NCBI GenBank assembly: GCA_032718475.1
Contig: JAUCBJ010002634.1
Span: 1-45,079, forward strand
Direction of reading: 5' to 3'
DNA length: 45,079 nt
From: Nemertoderma westbladi
Lineage: Eukaryota > Animalia > Xenacoelomorpha
Shown here: in pieces, positions 37,455 through 45,079 of the stretch
Position numbering within the stretch: the first letter of the stretch is position 1
Layout of the letters: each line of letters opens with the position of its first letter
Translations under genes and position numbers: made by a program
Notes under the pieces: generated by a model
Seen by the model: only the letters and a program-made list of their open reading frames with translations
The model's database searches: none
What the model was told of the DNA's origin: nothing

Positions 37455-39012
37455 CAGGGGCGGATCCAGAGGGGGGCACGGGGGGGCACATGCCCCCCGG
37501 CAATTTTTGAACTATGACTGTAAGCACTAGCGTACCAAGGGTGGTGGCCATGTGGCTATTGCCACCCCCTAGGAAAATGAGAAAGCATACTGAAAAACCC
37601 CTTCCATTTGAAGTGAAAGAATAAATAATAAAAATATTAAAGATCCACATTCCAAATTTTCTGAAACAAAGTCATTTTTCTAAACTGAAAGCTTCGCATT
37701 GTAACCTGGCTGGCTAAGAGCTAGGGCCAAGATCCTTGGGGATGGGGGAGGGGGGGGGGGGGGGTGGGGGGTGGGGGGTAATATGAAAATATCCCTTGGC
37801 AGTATTATATCAGTTGTGGCCTTCTGGCTGGCCACAAATGGGAAATACATTGCTCTCTTGTAAGGAGAAGTAATTGATTCGAGTCACAATTAATTAGGTC
37901 ATACGGAGTACAGGAGTCAGTGGGCTCTGTGCCATTTGCTGTATGTGTGTTGCTTGGGGTGCCTTGTATTCCGACAGCGACAGACCACTAACAAAGTAAA
38001 GGTATACAATAGCATGTGTAATGGCTCTTAGCTTAAGCCGCCCCAGAATGTAAAACCAATTATCTACTGTGGAATGGAATTCCCGAAATTTACCCCGAAA
38101 TTAGTCTTCCCAAGAAATTAGACATCCAACTAACCCACACACAGGAGGCCGCCAACCAAAGAGATTGGCCTCCTGGCATGGGGCTGGCCTGGTCACAAGG
38201 AACTATGCATGTAGTAATGTGAACTGCAGTCAGCCAATAGTATAAAATATAAATTACAATAGTAAAATTCAAAGATACAGTATACGATCATTTTTCTCTA
38301 GTACCACCTGTGACAATCCTCCTGATTCCACGGAGCAGCCAGCAAAACGGTTACGAGTTTCTCCTGAGCCACTAGTTGTACCACCATCTGTTTCTCCTGA
38401 TCCTACCGAAACAGGAACCTTCCTTAGCTTCCTCTAGTGATATCCCCTCTTACATTGACAGCACCCATTACAATGACCATGATAAATATAACGCAATGCA
38501 GAATTTATTTACGACCAAACCAGTAACTTCCAGTACACGAAGTCAAAATATGGGAGTGTCTAACATTCATTCTGTCACCTGTGGCTCTCACTGTACAACG
38601 GTCTGGAGCTACTCAAGGATTCTTGATGCTGCCTTCTGTCGCTATTGTGTGTTCTTCACACCGGACCAGATAGGGGGGGGGGGGGGGGGTAAACTGGACG
38701 CAATAAAAATTCATTCCTCTCCATGGGTAATTGGACGCAAATAATAGCTGATTAGGCATACCTCAAAAATAAAACTGTAACCTGTTGTATTGTGTTTAGT
38801 TTGTTGTTTTGGTTAAAATAACGTGACAATGTAACCTGCTCCTTACCCTAAATTAAGAATTTAATTTATTTTTCGCCAAGGCGGGTTTCGCGTCCAGTCC
38901 CCCCCCCCCCCCTTTCTCCACCGGACAAGTCAACTTATGGAGCATATTTTTGGAATTTTAGTCGCCCCTGATTTATGCCCCCCCGGCTCGGTGACCTCTG
39001 GATCCGCCCCTG
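37455..39012 (+). mobile_element. Non-autonomous hAT-like DNA transposon with a 5-bp TSD, nested in the P-element left TIR
   Basis: Perfect 18-bp TIR CAGGGGCGGATCCAGAGG (37455-37472 / 38995-39012) and TSD ACACT (37450-37454 / 39013-39017). GGGGGGCAC/TGCCCCCC subterminal motifs are present. The internal remnant SYSRILDAAFCRYCVFF resembles the ZnF-TTF of Tip100-type hAT transposases. Confidence 0.88.
38575..38670 (+). pseudogene. ZnF-TTF-like remnant of a hAT transposase N-terminus
   Basis: W.YS...DAAFC..C..F pattern, frameshifted upstream; no catalytic domain follows. Confidence 0.65.
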
Positions 39013-39399
39013 ACACTGAATATCCAGACCCCGCTAGCGGGGTCCATTAGTTGCAGAATTCCAGTACTGCTGTCTGGCTGTACAACTGTGTAATCAACCC
39101 AATTACTTATGTACTTTTTTAAATCAGTGGATTTATATTTATGTATTTAATATTTATTATTTAGTAATGTTTAAAAAGGTTTAACATACTGACATAACTA
39201 CAGGCTGCAGCTTAGTACCGGTAGCTACGGTAGTTTTAACACACATCACAGTAATGCTGTTATTTGTATACGACATTGGCCAGGATTCCCGCAGGATATC
39301 CCTCATCGGAAGGTTCCCGGAGGAGCGTTGCGGCCGACTATCCCGCGATTCTTCTTTCCTGGGGTTCCCGCGATTCTTCTTTTCTCATAGAAACGGCCA

Positions 39400-39665
39400 T
39401 TCGTAAAGCAAAGAACAGCTTACCAGCTGGTACGCCTGCTGCCGAATCCCCAAAGGCGATTCTTATAACGGACGAAGTAAAGGTGGTTCCCAAACTATTG
39501 TATCAAGGACATGGAGTGTTTGGCTACGCTAAGGATGACCCATCGGAGTTGGCCAACTCAGTCCTCTGCTCGATGGTTAAGATTTTATACGGGGGACCTT
39601 CAGTGATGGTGCAGATGATTCCAGTTCATTCCATGTGCTTTGCGTTTTTAACGACCGTTTTGTAG
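39400..39665 (+). pseudogene. P-element transposase fragment (start of RNase H-like catalytic domain)
   Basis: AILITDEVKVVPKLLYQGHGVFGYAKDDPSELANSVLCSMVKILYGGPSVMVQMIPV fits the DE..(I/V)...L.Y....G.......A...L..M motif around the first catalytic Asp. Confidence 0.8.
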
Positions 39666-40016
39666 CTGCGTTGTTTCTTTCGAGTAGATCTGGTACTGTG
39701 GAAGTGTTAGAACAGGTATGTAAATGCGGATGGGCCTAGGCACCTTAGTAAAATATTAATATTATTTAATATTTTTTTAATGATAAATGCGCCCCCATGC
39801 GGGGCAAAATGGCATTATGCCTTTATTAATAGTTTACTTATTTAATTTATATTATATATTTAATTTATTTAATTATTCCTATTTAATATTAATATATTAT
39901 ATTTTATATTATCAATTTATTTATATTTTATCGGGCATATTCAAGTTCGTAATTCTATAAATAATGTACTGTACAATGTAAATAATATATCGTGTTTTGT
40001 ATACTGCTGTTACAGG

Positions 40017-40972
40017 TGTTGACATGGTGGAAACTGATGAACGTAAAGTCGATTGGGGAAGCGATCCGATTTAAAGATCATCATCGACAGGCCATAACAT
40101 CATCCGACTGTGCTGCCATCGAGTCGCTGAAGGGCTTAGTGGAGGAATTTCGCTCGTTCCCTCACGGTATTGGTGTCCGTCGCATACGGAGTCTTACGAC
40201 AGATACCCACAGGGCGCTGTGCCAGTCGACGGCCGGTATGATAGACCTTTCTCGCTACCTTTTAAGCAGCGGGTTCACATACTTTCTTACTGGAACAGTT
40301 TCCCAAGATCGCTTGGAGGGTGAGTTCGGATGTCTGCGTGGTATGACCGGTTCTAACCAGTCAATTACTGTAAAGGATATTGAATCTGGGATGCGTCTAC
40401 GTAGCCTTCTAGCATTCGTAAAGATGGGTGAAATGCCAGATGTGTTGACGGCCATTAAACACCCTATTGAATGTCCAGGTTGCGTAACCCCATTTACCGA
40501 AGAATCCCTTGTCCTTATAGATCGTTTGGGTGAACTTGAGGCTACTGTTGGTGAGCGGCATGCTGCTGCCTATGTAGCTGGTTATATCATTCGTGTAATT
40601 CCAGAGATAGAAGTATCCGGTAACACCATCCAGGCCGATAATGCATTTATCCAGACGCTATCTAGGGGTGGATTACAGCTGCAATCACATGAGTTGGTTT
40701 GGTGGGTAATGGCGTCAGCGACATGGGTAGATTCGGTACCTGATGGAACCATACTGTGCTACCGTCAATTAGCCCAGGTGGTCAAAACCATCGCTGTACA
40801 GTACGATATAATACCAGCGCCCCCCGCAGCTGCATGTACCACCCTTGCGAACACACTGTTAAACGGAATGCAGAAACGCTCCAGCATGATGTGCTCTGAA
40901 AAGCGATCTTCCGAAGGTCACGGAACCAACAGGAAATTTCTCCGCATTGCCGGTCTGGATAAAGGACATTAA
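40017..40972 (+). pseudogene. P-element transposase C-terminal exon (open frame)
   Basis: YFLTGTVSQDRLEGEFGCLRGMTGSN (QD.LE..F...R...G.N, catalytic Glu), YVAGYI and LSRGGL motifs. It is preceded by an AT-rich intron-like tract and a TTACAG acceptor ending at 40016. Confidence 0.88.
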
Positions 40973-41837
40973 TCTTCTGTAGTGAAGATTGACTATTCGA
41001 CTATCTATTAATTTAATTGTAATTAATTTTGATAATTCAATATGCCTACAGACACATGTCACATACTGTAATACAACTCAACCCAAATGCCCCTTTTAAG
41101 GGCCAATTGCTGTTGTTATTTTGAATCGAGTAGGTCTACCTACACTGCCGGCAATTTATACATATGAAAACCATTGCAGATTGCAATAGCAGCTGCTGGA
41201 AATAAATAAATTTTCTAATCGTTATTTAATATTCATTTTGCGTGTTAAAATTTATAATCTTAAATTGCAGATCACAAGAATTTCAACATTATGAAATCTG
41301 TACGGTAAAGCTTCAACCACTACGTGGCTCGCCCCACTAAGATGTTTATTAATGTATTGGGCTGGGCTGGTGGCGAGAGTAGTGGGCGGTGCCGGTGGTG
41401 TCTGAATTTATTATGCATAGTGCACGAGCACGATTACTACCATACAGTATTATGGTATATGGACTATCACTGGCTTAGCAATAATTATATCAGCCTCAAA
41501 CGTTAAAGCAGGCAGCGAGGCAGGTTTGAGGTAGCTAGGTTCGTCATAAACACATAAGAAGAATAAATAACAATTTATCTGTGAGAGAAAATTGAAAATT
41601 TAACAAATTTGCATCTATTTCGGAGCCATATTAGAAGGGAACTAATGGACCCCGCTAGCGGGGTCTGGATATTCAGTGTGCCAGTCCTGTAGTATAGCAG
41701 TCCTTGGGTCAACCTCAAGATTTTTTGAATTACTCAGCCCAGTAGCTTCCAACACACAGAAAAAGAGTTCCCTAATGGCTCACAGTTCTGACTAGCGCCA
41801 CACGTAGCCACAACTCGATTACTTTGGATCCACTTAC

Positions 41838-41986
41838 GTTTTGTTGTGAACCTGGACGGCTCGGCGTTCTGGTACCCGAACCGTAGTATTAAACGTGACA
41901 ACATCTCGCTGGGGTTGACAATTGGTCGAGATTCCTGTGAGTGTCAGTAGCAAGGTTTTGGTCCCTTCCAGATAACACGGTAGATT
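41838..41986 (-). CDS. HYDIN: HYDIN exon (149 nt), most upstream confident exon in the window
   Basis: NLPCYLEGTKTLLLTLTGISTNCQPQRDVVTFNTTVRVPERRAVQVHNK(T); TAG acceptor and GTAAGT donor. Its phase-2 end fits the exon at 37115. Confidence 0.9.
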
Positions 41987-42837
41987 CTATTAAAATAAAT
42001 AGAATGCATGAACTTCTAGCAGATAGAATATTAATTTATACATATAAATATTAGATATTAGAATTAAAATTACATAATAAAAATAATGTTTACAGAACTC
42101 CATGAGTTCTGTGTTCTTGTGAGTGATGAGTAATTTAAGGAGATAATTGAAGTCTTAGTGCAAATAATAGCGCAATAGCAATCAAAAACAAATTCCTAAG
42201 ACTAGGGCCTACGATTCCCAACTGGAACTACTATTACTTCTGTAAGGAGATAATAATAATAAAAAAAATCGTCCCAGATTGTGGGTTTACCATTGAGGCA
42301 AGCTACTTTACTTTACTAATGTAATTCGCGTTTCTTCATCAAATTTAGATTATTTAAGGAAAAACACTCACTTATATATATATTATACAGTATCCTAGAC
42401 GGCGATGTAGATCTATATTTCGGTTCCTTACCGCCGCATAGCGGCGTGTCTTGTGACACGTTACTATTTGGAGATAGTACCGACTGTGAATAATATGTTG
42501 TTACTGACAACTGCTGTACTGCTAGCATACGGTACTAGCTGTCTCCTGACTGGGCTAACTCAGTAACTGCAGCACTGAACTCGGTTGCTCTGTAACTGCT
42601 GAATTTAGAACTGCAGAAGTGTGAACAGGTGAACGGCAAGGCCAAGGGACCAAGGAGCAATACAACAATACAGCAATAGGCTAGGCCTACTCCAACCAAC
42701 TAAAGTTACCGGCACCGTACTGTCGTACTGTTTGTTGTTTACTCCAATTTCAACGAAACAGTAAACCGGGATCCATGGTGCGCGGCACTTAACAACTTAA
42801 ATTAAAGCGATTCAGGTTCCGCTACATCCACATATTT

Positions 42838-44109
42838 ATGGGTAACATCCACACTGTGGGGCCGAACGAGGCCCTTGTTGTGTCCGGTGCATGTTGCAGT
42901 CGGGCCCACAAAACCTTCGTCAGTACCGGAGGTTGGGCGTGGGCGTGGTGGTTAGTAACAGACGTCCAGTCAATCAAACTTGAGATAATGACGTTAAATC
43001 CGCGATGCGAGAAAGTCGAAACATCAGAAGGGGTTCCGGTTACCGTAACCGGAGTGGCTCAATGTAAAGTAATGGTGGAGAAAGAGTTACTAACCACCGC
43101 TTGCGAGCAGTTCCTAGGAAGATCGCAGAAACACATAGAGAACGTAATCCTGCAGACGTTAGACGGGCATCTGCGTGCTATACTCGGCACACTAACGATC
43201 GAAGCGATCTTCCAAGATCGCGACCAGTTTGCTACACTGGTCCGGGAGGTAGCCAGCCCAGACGTAGGCCGCATGGGTATAGAGATTATCAGTTTTACTA
43301 TTAAGGATGTTTTTGATAACGTTAATTATCTGAATTCCTTGGGTCGCACGCAGACGGCCTGCGTGAAACGGGACGCCGATATTGGAGTTGCTCAGGCAGA
43401 GAGAGACGCCGGTATTCGGGAAGCGGAGTGCGACAAGGCCAAGATGGACGCGAGATTCTACGCGGACACCAAGATCGCCGATAGTAAGCGGGAATTGGAA
43501 GTGAGACAAGCAATATTCGACGGGGAGGTTAACGTTACCAAAGCCAAGTCGGAGCTCGCCTACCAACTACAGTCGGCCAAGATGAAACAGGAGATAAGAG
43601 CCGAGGAGGTTCAGATAGATGTCGTCGAACGGAGGAAGTTGATAGAGATAGAGGAGCAGGAGAACCTGGTGCAAGAGAAGGTGTTACACGCGACGGTCAA
43701 GTTACCGGCCGAGGCGGAGGGCTACAAGGTGGAGACGTTAGCGGACGGGCGTCGCACCCAGACGGTGGAGCTCGCCCGGGCGTCGGCGCAGAGCACCCGG
43801 TTGGTAGGGGGCGCGGAGGCGGGCGCCATCGAGGCGGTCGGGAAGGCCGAGGCCGAACGGATGCGGGCCAAGGCCGCGGCCTTCGGGAAGTACGGGAAGG
43901 CGGCCGTCGCCTCCATGGTGCTGGAGGTGATGCCGGAGTTGGCGGCCGAGGCGGCGGCCCCGCTCAGTAAGATCGACGAGATCGTGTTGCTAGGAGACGA
44001 CGCGACTTCCAGCGAGGTGAGTCGTCTACTCGGCTCGCTACCGCCCGCCGTTAACGCCCTTACTGGGGTCGACATCACCCAGGCCATAGGGAAGTTGATT
44101 AAAACCTGA
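42838..44109 (+). CDS. FLOT2: Flotillin-2 (SPFH/Band 7 plus flotillin coiled-coil), single-exon CDS
   Basis: 423-aa intact ORF. MGNIHTVGPNEALVVSGACCS..GGWAWAWWLVTDVQ is diagnostic of flotillin-2, with Gly2 and Cys19/Cys20 lipidation positions kept. EA-rich repeats and the C-terminal LPPAVNALTGVD are present. Confidence 0.95.
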   Translation: MGNIHTVGPNEALVVSGACCSRAHKTFVSTGGWAWAWWLVTDVQSIKLEIMTLNPRCEKVETSEGVPVTVTGVAQCKVMVEKELLTTACEQFLGRSQKHIENVILQTLDGHLRAILGTLTIEAIFQDRDQFATLVREVASPDVGRMGIEIISFTIKDVFDNVNYLNSLGRTQTACVKRDADIGVAQAERDAGIREAECDKAKMDARFYADTKIADSKRELEVRQAIFDGEVNVTKAKSELAYQLQSAKMKQEIRAEEVQIDVVERRKLIEIEEQENLVQEKVLHATVKLPAEAEGYKVETLADGRRTQTVELARASAQSTRLVGGAEAGAIEAVGKAEAERMRAKAAAFGKYGKAAVASMVLEVMPELAAEAAAPLSKIDEIVLLGDDATSSEVSRLLGSLPPAVNALTGVDITQAIGKLIKT

Positions 44110-44223
44110 TGGATTCAGCTCCTACTCGTTACTTACTCTCTTTCTATTGAACTTTAATGTTATATTTAATAGGTACGGTATTTATTTATGAGCACAAAGA
44201 CAGGCAGACTTAGCGGCTTTTAT

Positions 44224-44243
44224 AACAAACAAACAAACAAACA
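44224..44243 (+). repeat. (AAAC)n microsatellite
   Basis: AACAAACAAACAAACAAACA read directly, downstream of the flotillin stop. Confidence 0.85.
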
Positions 44244-45079
44244 AGGTTATTGGATTTATTGTGCCATAAATTAGTTGCTTGTTGTTGTTTGTCTAATTTT
44301 TTTTATTGTTGCTTTTATTTTCCAAGAAACGAAGATTAACGAGATTAACGACTCTTTACTTAATTGGTACCAACTAGTTGCCAATCTCCCACCAATCTCT
44401 AACTGTTTATTTAATTGGTTTGTAGTTTTTCTCCGTTGCTACGGACTACACGTACTCAATATGAATCGCTTAGAATGTACTTATACAGCCATTATGTTGA
44501 ATGTAGATGTTTTTTTTTTTACCGTTATTAACCGATGTTATTATTATTACATCCGTATAAATTTTTAATCGATTGTGTTACAGCTTTCTTTGTTTAATTT
44601 ATTTCATTAATAATTAATTGCTGTTAATTATTTACATAATTGTTTGTAAAGTAGAAAATTACTTTACAAACTAAAGTTGCAAAGTATTTCTGTTTTTATT
44701 CCAACATTACGAAATTGGCAGTTAATGAGAAACAACTGCGGGTGGTGTGGAAAAAATCACCAGGTTAACCAGATATCTATTATAATTTGGAACTGTAAAT
44801 TGTTAAATCAACCTTTTTTTTAATTACAATAATAATTATTGTTATAAACAATCATAAATTAATTATGAAATTGTGTTATTTATAAAACTATTAATTTTAT
44901 TTCAGGTTTAGTTTTGTAGTTTATTATGAGTAATTCATAACAAATGTTCCGACTTTAGAACAATTACTTTATTGCTGATATTATTTATACCTCATAATCA
45001 CTTTCTCTTTCTTCATAGATCTAAATAAATATAATCTGAATGCATGTCATGCAATTTAATGTGAGACCAAAACAATATC

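Larger units (their letters stand above)
37423..41706 (+). mobile_element. P-element superfamily DNA transposon, internally deleted
   Basis: Perfect 8-bp TSD GGTCAACC (37415-37422 and 41707-41714) and CAAGG...CCTTG termini. The 67-bp TIR at 41640-41706 matches 37423-37454 plus 39018-39052. P-transposase fragments lie inside. Confidence 0.93.

Noticed and set aside
37524-37570. Second TIR-like start (ACTAGCGTACCAAGGG..GCCACCCC) inside the hAT-like element
   Set aside because: No matching partner end or TSD found by eye.
42847-42849. Loss of the flotillin-2 Cys4 palmitoylation site (Ile here)
   Set aside because: As I recall, MGNIHT is also the Drosophila Flo2 N-terminus, so it is not unusual for invertebrates.
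43059-44087. Overlapping and antisense ORFs within flotillin
   Set aside because: Expected shadows of a GC-rich CDS; no recognisable motifs.
44275-44568. 97-aa hydrophobic ORF after flotillin
   Set aside because: Non-ATG start, T-rich low-complexity 3'UTR-like sequence.

Overview
Animal (invertebrate-like) genomic DNA, not prokaryotic. The minus strand carries the last 8 coding exons of HYDIN (axonemal central-pair protein), from 41986 down to the stop at 3139. I read these exons by hand; all have GT-AG boundaries and compatible phases, and the gene continues beyond the right edge. One HYDIN intron (6091-36970, 30.9 kb) is about 98% filled by a ~30.2 kb head-to-tail array of a palindrome-rich 46-bp unit (roughly 660 copies). 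The first copy of the unit is the 3' terminus of an adjacent Helentron/HINE-like element, which suggests the satellite grew from a rolling-circle transposon end. The array shows layered variant domains and multi-kb internal duplications. The next intron holds a deleted P-element (8-bp TSD, 67-bp TIRs) whose left TIR is split by a hAT-like element with a 5-bp TSD. An intronless flotillin-2 ORF lies antisense in the upstream HYDIN intron. Decayed LINE fragments, one nested in another, occupy 0.2-2.8 kb. All family assignments come from motif recognition, not database searches.
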